Source: Achromobacter sp. MFA1 R4
GTDB taxonomy: Bacteria > Pseudomonadota > Gammaproteobacteria > Burkholderiales > Burkholderiaceae_B
DNA length: 32,000 nt
Assembly (NCBI RefSeq): GCF_900156745.1
Contig: NZ_LT707065.1
Span: 5,064,086 to 5,096,085 of the forward strand
Direction of reading: 5' to 3'
In this document: in pieces, positions 18,548-26,169 of the stretch
Layout: each line of letters starts with the position of its first letter
Numbering within the stretch: the first letter of the stretch is position 1
Notes under the pieces: model-generated
What the model was told of the DNA's origin: nothing
The model's database searches: none
The model's input: the letters and a program-made list of their open reading frames with translations, nothing else
Program-made: the position numbers and the translations under genes

Positions 18548-21500
18548 ATGTCGCCGCATTCCCGACAACGGGATGCCTCCGGCCTCTTGAAGGCCATTGC
18601 GACGACACCGGACTCCGTCATGCCAACCCCGCCAGGCGCTGCCCCCTCCGTTCCAAAGCGAAACGCCCCTCCCGTCGAAGAGCACTACACCGACGCCGAA
18701 TACCAGGAAGCCGAAGCCGAGAACGACGGCATCCAATGGAGCGACGAAGACCTGGACGGCCCGCAGGGCGTGGTCGCCCCGCTGAACACCATTGCCCCCG
18801 AAGACGTCGAAGCCGGCCAGAACGCCTTTGACCAATGGCTGCGCGAGAACAGCGACGGCTGGGTCACGCTGCCGCGCATCAAGGCGGCAGCGGGCGCGGT
18901 GCCGGTGCTGGGCAACCTCATGGCGCTGGTGGATGCCATCGGCGACATCACGACATTGGTCGACAGCAATCCCACGCAATTCCTGGACTGGGTCAGCCTG
19001 GGCATCAACCTCTTTGGCGTGGTGCCCGCGCCTGGCACGGCGGCTGCGCGCATGAGCCTGCGGCCCGCGCTGTTTCTCGTGCAAAAGGAGGTCGCACGCC
19101 AGGCCAAGGCGGGCCTGGGCAACGCGATCATCATGGCCCTGGCTGCGCACCTGAGCGAGAACATCGCTGGCGACATCGAAGACTTCGCGCAACAGGCGCA
19201 GGCCCGGCTGGAAGGGCTGCTGCGGGATGCGGGGGCCAAGGCAGAGGAAATCATTCGGGCGCTGGCCGATGTCCTGGTCAGCCTGACCGTGCCGGCCAAC
19301 GCGGATGCCTCGTTCGAGAAAGCCGGCGCGCAGCTCTCGTCCGCGTGGGACAAGAAATGGGACTCGCCGCGGGGCGCCGCGCGCGACCTCTGGGATGGCC
19401 TGGGTAGCGGCGTGCGCGGCAGCAAGCAGTCGGTCGGCAACGCCGCCAAGGACCTGCTGCCCGGCAAGGCGCGCGACTTGATGCTGCGCTCCGCCCAGCG
19501 CCTGAACGCCCTGGCGCCGCAAGTCAATGACAGCATGCAATCGCTCGCCGACGAGAACAACGTCAACAGCATCGCGTCATTGCTCATGCACCTGTCGGTG
19601 GCTGTGGTGCTGTGGCGCCAGCGCAAGGGGTACGCCATCGGCACGAACGTGCGACCGGCCGTGGCGAGCAAGGCCCGGCAGATGGCGCGCTCGATGCGCC
19701 TGGCGCGCATCCGCCGCCAGGCCCGCGCGCGGCGGAATGCCAATCCGGACAAGAACGGCGCCTGCCCGGCCACTTGCCACAGCATCAGTTTTGCGATGGG
19801 CACGGAGCGCATCAAGCATGTGGATTTCTCGCTGCGCGGGCCTTTTGCGCTGCGCTGGGCGCGAACGTATTCGTCGGATCTCGCTGCGTTTGATAGGGGG
19901 CCGCTGGGCGCGCGCTGGATCAACGAGTACACCACACGCATCGACATCAAGACGGCAGGCGCGGATCGCGAAACCCTGCGCTATCACGCCGAGGACGGAC
20001 GCACGCACGCGTGGCCGCTACCGGCGGTTGGCAAGTTCCACTACGACCCGGTCGAGAATCTGACGGTGGTGCGCACTTCCGACACCGACCTAACCGTGGC
20101 GCAAGGGTACGAGCGGCGCGCCACCTACCAACGCGAGGGCCGGCGGTTTCGGCTGACGGGCATCTACCTGCGCAACGGTGCGCGCGTGGCGCTGCACTAT
20201 CGGCATGTCGTGGGACGGCGCAGCGTTCTGTCCGACCTCGTGACGTATCTGGACGATGCACCTCACACGCACGTCGGCACGCAGATCGACGCCGCCGGCC
20301 GCATCGTCGCGCTCTGGCAGCTCAAGGACGGAGAACCGCAGCGGCAACTGGCCGGTTACGACTACGACGAGCAAGGGGACCTGCTGCAAGCGCGCGACGA
20401 GCACCAGGCGCAGTGGGACTACCACTACCGACACCACCTCATCACCCGCTACACCGACCGCACCGGACGCGGCATGAACCTGGAGTGGAAGGGTTCAGGC
20501 CCCAAGGCGCGCGCCATCCGCGAATGGGCCGACGACGGCAGCTTCGACACGCGCCTGCGCTGGCACCCCGAGATCCGCCTGACCTATGTCACCGACGCGC
20601 TGGGCCATGTCACGGAGCACTACTACGACATCGACGGCTACACCTACCGCATCGTGCACCCGGACGGCCTGTCGGAATGGCTGTATCGCGACGACGGCAA
20701 GAACGTGGTCACGCACATCCACCCCGACGGCAACATCGACAGCTACGCCTACGACGAGCGCAGCAACCTGCTCGAACACTTGCGCGCGGACAGCACCTCG
20801 GTCCACTACGCCTACGACGACCAGGACCAGCTCTTCAAGATCCGCGACGCCGAAGGCGGCCTGTGGCAGCGCGACTACAGCCCGCGTGGGTATCTGACCG
20901 AGACGATCGATCCGCTGGGTCACAAGACCGAATACGCCTATGACGCGGCGGGCCATCCGGTTGCGATCCGGGACGCCCGGGGCGGAGAGAAACTGCTGGC
21001 CTACGACGCCGCAGGCCAGCTTACGCAGTACACGGATTGCTCGGGCAAGCGCAGCGCGTGGATGTATGACGAGGCGGGACAGGTGACCGCCTTCACGGAT
21101 GCGGCGGGCAACGTCACGCGCTACGGGTACGAGGCGGGGCACCTGGCCCTGGTCACGCACCCGGACCAGACGGTCGAACACTACGAGCGAGACGCCGAAG
21201 GGCGGCTACTGGCCCACACCGACGCGCTGGGCCGGCGCACGCAATGGACGTACAACGGCGCGGGGCTCCTTGCCCGGCGCCTGGACGCGGCGGGCAGGAC
21301 GCTCCAATACGAATGGGACAAGCTGGGCCGACTCACGGCGCTGGCGAATGAGAACGACCGGCAAGCGAGATTTGTCTATGACCCGGCCGGGCGACTGCTG
21401 GAGGAGCGAGGCTTCGATGACGTGGCCACCCGATATCGCTACGACCCGGACAGCGGAACGTTGCTGTCGGCGCAGGATGGTGACCGGGTAATCGAGTTCA

Positions 21501-23488
21501 TGTTCGACGCATTGGGCCGCGTGACACAGCGGCTGGCGCGGCCGTATGCGCCGCCGGCGCAGGCCCCGGTGCAAACGGTCGCGAAAAGGGGCGCGCAAAC
21601 GTCAGCGCGAGCCTCGACACGCTCAGCGCAGGTTCGCGTCGAGACGCAAACGGAGCGCTACGCCTACGACGGCAACGGCCGCCTGATCCTCGCCGAAAAC
21701 ACCGCCTGCCGGCTCCAATGGTTCCACGACGCCGCCGGCAACCTGACCCGCGAACACCAGCACTATCTGGCCCTGGCGCAGCCAGTCGTGGCGGTCTGGA
21801 AGCACGAGTACAACGAGCTGAACCAGCGCATCGCCACGCACCGCCCCGATGGCCATCGCGTCAGCGTGCTGACCTATGGCTCGGGCCACGTGCACGGCCT
21901 GATGTTCGACGACCATGAACTCGTCAGCATCGAACGCGACGACCTGCACCGCGAGACCACGCGCACGCAAGGCAATGGCCTGGCGCAGACGCAATCGTGG
22001 GACGCGATGGGGCGCCTCAATGCACAGAGCATCGCGCGGGGCGCGCAACGCCTGATCCACCGCGGCTACCGCTACGATGCGGCCGGCCAGTTGGAAGCAA
22101 TCCAGGACAGCCGCCGAGGCCCCTTGGCCTACCGCTATGACCCGGTAGGACGCCTATTGGAGGCCACCAGCAGCCTCGGCAAGGAAGCCTTCGCCTTCGA
22201 TCCGGCCAACAACCTGCTGGATCCGGCGAGCCACCCAGCACAAGAGTCCCCGGGCATGGCGGGCCCCGTCTACACCTACCGCCAGCGTTCCGCGCGCCTG
22301 GACAACCTCCTACGCGAATACGCCGGCACCCACTACACCTACGATGCCCGCGGCAACCTCGTTGAAAAGCTGCACAACGGCCAGCGCTCGCGCCTGCAGT
22401 GGGACCTTTTCAACCGCCTGACGGGCTACAGCAACGACCGCCTGCACGTGAGGTACCAGTACGACGCGCTGGGCCGCCGCCTGCTCAAGCAGTCCGAGGC
22501 TCACTGGCGCGAACGGCCGGGCATGACGCCCGCGCAGCGCCAGGAAGAGCAAGCCCGCCTGAACCGCGCGATGGGTTGCAGCACAACGCTGTACGGTTGG
22601 GATGGCGATACCTTGGCATGGGAAGGCCGCGACGACCAGACCACGCACTACCTCTACGAACCCGGCAGCTTCGTGCCACTGGCCCAGGCGATCAGCCGCA
22701 AGCCCGTGCTGCTGCATCAGCAACCGGCTTACGCGGATGCCTATGACATCGACCGCGATCCGCTATGGATATCCTCGCCCGACCCGGACCCGGTGGACGC
22801 CATGGCCTGGTATCACTGCGACCACCTGGGCACACCCCAGGAACTGACTGACGCGCAAGGCGAGGTAGTTTGGAGCGCGCAATACCACGCGTGGGGTGCA
22901 GCCAAAGAGGCCATCACCGATGCCGCCCGCGCGGCGGGAATCCGTAATCCGATCCGATTCCAGGGGCAGTATCTGGACCCGGAAACGGGCCTGCATTACA
23001 ACCGGCATCGATACTATGATCCGCAGATCGGACGGTTCATTGCGAAGGATCCGATCGGGTTTGCGGGTGGGCTGAATGTTTATCAGTATGTGGATAACCC
23101 GGTGGGATGGGTGGATCCGTTGGGGTTGGCTCCCCAATTGCCCAAAGCTTGCGGTTGTTTGGATTGGTCGAGAGTCCATCCCGCAACTGGGGAGAGTGCG
23201 ATCGATCACGTGCGCAAGCACGGAACAGACAATCTAGAAAAGCCATCACATGGAATTTTCAACGAGGATCCGATAACGACGACAAACGCGGCATGGAGTA
23301 AAGCGGTAAAGGATGGCGTGCGACCTACAGTAGGAGGAAATGGCAACTTCAACTACGACATCACATTTCCTAATGCAGGAAAGGCTGGGGGCTTTTCGGG
23401 CTTGGCGGCCGGCAATCCAACTTTGAATGGCGTAAAGATTGTCACTCTCCCCGGGACAAATAAGGTGGTGACTTCATTTCCAAAATGA
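18548..23488 (+). CDS. rhs: Rhs-family polymorphic toxin (YD-repeat shell with variable C-terminal toxin)
   Basis: Track ORF 18440..23488; the first ATG is at 18548 and the start is uncertain. From 19760 there is a DUF6531-like entry (CPATCHSISFAMGTERIKHVDFSLRGPFALRWARTYSS). Many YD repeats follow (YAYDxxGxL, RYxYDxxGRL). The Rhs core end is YYDPQIGRFIAKDPIGFAGGLNVYQYVDNPVGWVDPLGL (ends 23128), followed by a 119-aa unrelated tail. Confidence 0.93.
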   Translation: MSPHSRQRDASGLLKAIATTPDSVMPTPPGAAPSVPKRNAPPVEEHYTDAEYQEAEAENDGIQWSDEDLDGPQGVVAPLNTIAPEDVEAGQNAFDQWLRENSDGWVTLPRIKAAAGAVPVLGNLMALVDAIGDITTLVDSNPTQFLDWVSLGINLFGVVPAPGTAAARMSLRPALFLVQKEVARQAKAGLGNAIIMALAAHLSENIAGDIEDFAQQAQARLEGLLRDAGAKAEEIIRALADVLVSLTVPANADASFEKAGAQLSSAWDKKWDSPRGAARDLWDGLGSGVRGSKQSVGNAAKDLLPGKARDLMLRSAQRLNALAPQVNDSMQSLADENNVNSIASLLMHLSVAVVLWRQRKGYAIGTNVRPAVASKARQMARSMRLARIRRQARARRNANPDKNGACPATCHSISFAMGTERIKHVDFSLRGPFALRWARTYSSDLAAFDRGPLGARWINEYTTRIDIKTAGADRETLRYHAEDGRTHAWPLPAVGKFHYDPVENLTVVRTSDTDLTVAQGYERRATYQREGRRFRLTGIYLRNGARVALHYRHVVGRRSVLSDLVTYLDDAPHTHVGTQIDAAGRIVALWQLKDGEPQRQLAGYDYDEQGDLLQARDEHQAQWDYHYRHHLITRYTDRTGRGMNLEWKGSGPKARAIREWADDGSFDTRLRWHPEIRLTYVTDALGHVTEHYYDIDGYTYRIVHPDGLSEWLYRDDGKNVVTHIHPDGNIDSYAYDERSNLLEHLRADSTSVHYAYDDQDQLFKIRDAEGGLWQRDYSPRGYLTETIDPLGHKTEYAYDAAGHPVAIRDARGGEKLLAYDAAGQLTQYTDCSGKRSAWMYDEAGQVTAFTDAAGNVTRYGYEAGHLALVTHPDQTVEHYERDAEGRLLAHTDALGRRTQWTYNGAGLLARRLDAAGRTLQYEWDKLGRLTALANENDRQARFVYDPAGRLLEERGFDDVATRYRYDPDSGTLLSAQDGDRVIEFMFDALGRVTQRLARPYAPPAQAPVQTVAKRGAQTSARASTRSAQVRVETQTERYAYDGNGRLILAENTACRLQWFHDAAGNLTREHQHYLALAQPVVAVWKHEYNELNQRIATHRPDGHRVSVLTYGSGHVHGLMFDDHELVSIERDDLHRETTRTQGNGLAQTQSWDAMGRLNAQSIARGAQRLIHRGYRYDAAGQLEAIQDSRRGPLAYRYDPVGRLLEATSSLGKEAFAFDPANNLLDPASHPAQESPGMAGPVYTYRQRSARLDNLLREYAGTHYTYDARGNLVEKLHNGQRSRLQWDLFNRLTGYSNDRLHVRYQYDALGRRLLKQSEAHWRERPGMTPAQRQEEQARLNRAMGCSTTLYGWDGDTLAWEGRDDQTTHYLYEPGSFVPLAQAISRKPVLLHQQPAYADAYDIDRDPLWISSPDPDPVDAMAWYHCDHLGTPQELTDAQGEVVWSAQYHAWGAAKEAITDAARAAGIRNPIRFQGQYLDPETGLHYNRHRYYDPQIGRFIAKDPIGFAGGLNVYQYVDNPVGWVDPLGLAPQLPKACGCLDWSRVHPATGESAIDHVRKHGTDNLEKPSHGIFNEDPITTTNAAWSKAVKDGVRPTVGGNGNFNYDITFPNAGKAGGFSGLAAGNPTLNGVKIVTLPGTNKVVTSFPK
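22234..23128 (+). repeat. Direct repeat copy A (3' Rhs core, inside the main rhs gene)
   Basis: It aligns at nucleotide level with 24224-25001. Both start at ...CCGCACAAGA.TCC..GGGCATGGC.GGCCCCGTCTACACCTACCGCCA and both end at GATCCGTTGGGGTTGGC. Confidence 0.9.
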
Positions 23489-23500
23489 ACGAGGAAAGTT

Positions 23501-23809
23501 ATGGAAGATAAATATTACGTAGCCATGGCCGTGAGCGTGGACTGTTATGAGCAAAGCGACTATTTATATCTGATGGCACTGGATGGGGTTGAGATCATTG
23601 GTTACGCGGCGGAGTTCGATACGTGCACAAACGATGTGGCCTACGCGTGTGATCCTCACAACTATGAAAATGCAAAATGGTTCGCTTGGAACGAGAACTG
23701 GCAGTGGCGCCCAGCAACACTTGCAGAGATTGAGGCAGCAAAACTCGATAAATATCTGATCGGCGTGAAAGACGACATGAAGACGACGACGGCGATTCGC
23801 CGCTTGTAA
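23501..23809 (+). CDS. Putative cognate immunity protein of the main Rhs toxin
   Basis: The ATG lies 12 nt after the rhs stop and has a GAGGAAAG SD. The product is 102 aa, acidic and aromatic-rich (MEDKYYVAMAVSVDCYEQSDYLYLMALDG...). GC content is low like the toxin tail. I recognise no family. Confidence 0.7.
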   Translation: MEDKYYVAMAVSVDCYEQSDYLYLMALDGVEIIGYAAEFDTCTNDVAYACDPHNYENAKWFAWNENWQWRPATLAEIEAAKLDKYLIGVKDDMKTTTAIRRL

Positions 23810-23958
23810 CGGTCTCGCCGAGAAGAGGAAATGGCAAGCCGGGATGGGCTCCGCGCGCCTTCGCAACTTGCTGTTTGGGTACGTCGGGACGCAGTATCCC
23901 TCCAGGGCCGTGATCTCATCGAAAGACTCCACCACGTTCATCTCCGCAACCTAGGGTT

Positions 23959-24055
23959 CACTGCGACCAGTTGGGCACACCGCAGGCACTGACTGGTGAG
24001 TAAGGCGAGACTGGGAGGAACGCGCTATGGCACGCGTGGTGCGCAGCAAAAAGAG
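23959..24055 (+). pseudogene. Decayed remnant of an Rhs core end (HCDQLGTPQALTGE-stop, then frameshifted)
   Basis: CACTGCGACCAGTTGGGCACACCGCAGGCACTGACTGG...AAGGCGAG...ACGCGTGGTGCGCAGCAAAAAGAG aligns with main rhs 22813-22910 (YHCDHLGTPQELTDAQGE..YHAWGAAKE). It has substitutions, an in-frame stop and indels. Confidence 0.6.
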
Positions 24056-24100
24056 TCGATCGGTTCACCCAAGTAGTTCTGTTTCTTTGCGGGCCTGCGC

Positions 24101-24220
24101 TTAAGCCGGCTCGCTCGCGCCGATCCCGTCCAGCGCCCTCGCCACATCCTCCGGCAACCGCAACGACCCCGCCGCCATATTCTCCCGCAGATGGCCAGAC
24201 GATGACGTGCCCGGTGCGAG
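24101..24220 (-). pseudogene. 3' fragment of an aldo/keto reductase gene (last ~39 codons only)
   Basis: The minus strand reads LAPGTSSSGHLRENMAAGSLRLPEDVARALDGIGASEPA-stop. PGTSSxxHLxEN is the conserved AKR C-terminal motif. The reading frame is cut by a stop where the orphan Rhs homology begins (about 24221). Confidence 0.5.
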
Positions 24221-25229
24221 CTACCCCGCACAAGAATCCTCCCTGGGCATGGCCGGCCCCGTCTACACCTACCGCCATCGTTCGGCGCGCCTGGACAACC
24301 TCCTACGCGAATATGCCGGCACCCACTACACCTACGACGCGCTGGGCCGCCGCCTGCTAAAGCAATCCGAAGCGCACTGGCGCGAACGGCCCGGCATGAC
24401 GCCCGCGCAGATCCGGGAAGAACAAGCGCGCGCGAATCGCGCGTTGGGCTGCAGCACGACGCTCTACGGCTGGGATGGCGATACCCTGGCATGGGAAGGC
24501 CACGACGACCAGACCACGCACTACCTCTACGAACCCGGCATTTTCGTGCCGCTGGCCCAGGCGATCAGCCGCAAGCCAATTCTCCTGCACCAGCAACCGG
24601 CGTACGCCGGAGCCTATGACATCGACCGCGATCCGCTATGGACGACCTCGCCCGACCCGGACCCGGTGGACGCCCTGGCCTGGTATCACTGCGATCACCT
24701 GGGCACGCCGCAGGAACTGACCGACGCGCAAGGCGAGATCGCCTGGACTGCGCAATACCACGCGTGGGGCGCGGCAAAAGAAGCCATCACCGATGCCGCG
24801 CGCGCGGCGGGAGTCCGTAATCCGATCCGATTTCAGGGGCAGTATCTGGACCGGGAAACAGGCCTGCATTACAACCGGCATCGGTACTATGATCCGCACA
24901 TCGGACGGTTCATTACGAAGGATCCGATCGGGTTTGCGGGTGGATTGAATGTTTATCAGTATGCGGATAATCCGGTAGAGTGGGTTGATCCGTTGGGGTT
25001 GGCGCGTTCAGGTCGATGGACTCCAGTCGGGAATGGGCGAATACGGGTAGACCCCCCGCACGTCGAAAATACCGATCAGCAAGTACACGCACACTGTCAG
25101 TGCAAATCACGGCATCAAGAAGTCGTTGTTAACCGCGACGGTACACAAAGTCATGGATCGCGGGGCAAGATTTCCGACTTGACTAGAAAAGAGATGGAAT
25201 ATTTGCGAACTCAAGGATTTGATTTATGA
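24207..25229 (+). CDS. Orphan, 5'-truncated Rhs C-terminal fragment carrying a different toxin tail
   Basis: The open frame starts at a GTG with no SD. Residues from YPAQESSLGMAGPVYTYRHRSARLDNLL to NPVEWVDPLGL parallel the main Rhs. The frame then continues with a 75-aa unrelated His/Cys-rich tail (25002-25229). Confidence 0.8.
   Translation: MPGASYPAQESSLGMAGPVYTYRHRSARLDNLLREYAGTHYTYDALGRRLLKQSEAHWRERPGMTPAQIREEQARANRALGCSTTLYGWDGDTLAWEGHDDQTTHYLYEPGIFVPLAQAISRKPILLHQQPAYAGAYDIDRDPLWTTSPDPDPVDALAWYHCDHLGTPQELTDAQGEIAWTAQYHAWGAAKEAITDAARAAGVRNPIRFQGQYLDRETGLHYNRHRYYDPHIGRFITKDPIGFAGGLNVYQYADNPVEWVDPLGLARSGRWTPVGNGRIRVDPPHVENTDQQVHAHCQCKSRHQEVVVNRDGTQSHGSRGKISDLTRKEMEYLRTQGFDL
24224..25001 (+). 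repeat. Direct repeat copy B (orphan Rhs core end)
   Basis: Homologous to 22234-23128. It lacks 120 nt (one YD unit) found in the main copy at about 22340-22459/22349-22468, and has one extra codon near the 5' end. Confidence 0.9.
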
Positions 25230-25483
25230 GAAAGCTAGCCGGATTTAGAGCCCTAGGCACTGCAGTGGGCACCGATACGTCCATAGCGCTGGACGAAATT
25301 TCCATAATTGGCAGCGCAGACACCTTTCGTGCGCTCGGTAATTTTCTATTAAGGGCTTCCCGAGAAATCCAACTCCATGATATCGAGCATATGCACCTTC
25401 AAGATGCAATCGCGGATTTCTCTCAAGATAACCATGTCGACATCATCGTCCTCAATGAGAGGAGAATTAAACAGAAGGGGTGA
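25226..25483 (+). CDS. Putative immunity protein of the orphan Rhs toxin
   Basis: The ATG overlaps the orphan stop (ATGA at 25226-25229) and AAGGA lies upstream. The product is 85 aa, from low-GC sequence. I recognise no family. Confidence 0.6.
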   Translation: MRKLAGFRALGTAVGTDTSIALDEISIIGSADTFRALGNFLLRASREIQLHDIEHMHLQDAIADFSQDNHVDIIVLNERRIKQKG

Positions 25484-25721
25484 AGCGATATACGGGCGGT
25501 GGCAAGGTCAGGGGTGAGTTAGAAACACTCCCCGCGCCGCGTTGGCGTTGATGCCGAAAACCAGGAAATCGTTATTTTGGACAAGACAGTCACTCATCCA
25601 AATGGAGATGAAGAGTTTCACGGACATGTGCGGTGCTGGTGCGACTTGCATGATACGCACCGCTCCGCATTACAGAGATCTGGAATGGCTACAAGCAAAG
25701 GAAAACTCGGGAGATAGCAGA

Positions 25722-26045
25722 ATGGCGAATCTTTACACCAAATCTGAAATCGAACGTCTGCTTGGGTCCACCGACAGGAGTGTCGTTGCAGATGCATTGC
25801 TGAATCTGTGTTTCAACTCGGACGACCCGGAATGGATCCTGGATAAATGCATCCAAGCAATTAAGGATGGCGGAGATGATGAGATAAAAGGGCTGGCTAT
25901 TACCTGCATTGGGCACGTCGCCAGAATGCATAAGAGGATTGATCGAAACAGGGTGATGCCAATTCTCGACCGTGAACTTGATAACCCGGTGCTGTCGGGA
26001 AGAGCGCAAGATGCCCTGGACGACATCGACCAGTTCGTTGAATAG
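25722..26045 (+). CDS. Lone immunity-like small protein (helical, HEAT-repeat-like)
   Basis: The ATG at 25722 follows GGGAGA with a 7-nt spacer. The product is MANLYTKSEIERLLGSTDRSVVADALLNLCFNSDDPEWILDKCIQAIKDGGDDEIKGLAITCIGHVARMHKRI... There is no adjacent toxin gene. The track ORF starts at a TTG at 25542, which I consider unlikely. Confidence 0.5.
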   Translation: MANLYTKSEIERLLGSTDRSVVADALLNLCFNSDDPEWILDKCIQAIKDGGDDEIKGLAITCIGHVARMHKRIDRNRVMPILDRELDNPVLSGRAQDALDDIDQFVE

Positions 26046-26169
26046 TCTGGACGACATCAGAGATGATGCGGTTGCAGATATCAAGCCCCTATGAAAGCCG
26101 CGCGCTCGACACACAGGCGGCGACCTCGCTCGCCTGTGCGCGAAGCACACTTCAATCGTTGCCCCGGGC

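Noticed and set aside
18524-22723. Minus-strand and off-frame ORFs inside rhs (e.g. 18524..19540, 18685..19950, 20011..20943, 20495..21181)
   Set aside because: They lie within the uninterrupted 1682-codon YD-repeat frame and have low-complexity composition.
23564-23941. 125-aa minus-strand ORF (MNVVESFDEITALEGY...) overlapping the immunity gene
   Set aside because: Most of it is antisense to the better-supported immunity ORF. Only the first ~45 codons lie in unassigned high-GC DNA, and I recognise no family.
25542-25721. TTG-initiated 60-codon extension of the lone immunity-like gene
   Set aside because: It has no SD and starts at TTG, and the extension contains no recognisable motif. The ATG at 25722 has a well-spaced GGGAGA. 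The extension could be a remnant of a lost toxin 3' end, but I cannot support that.
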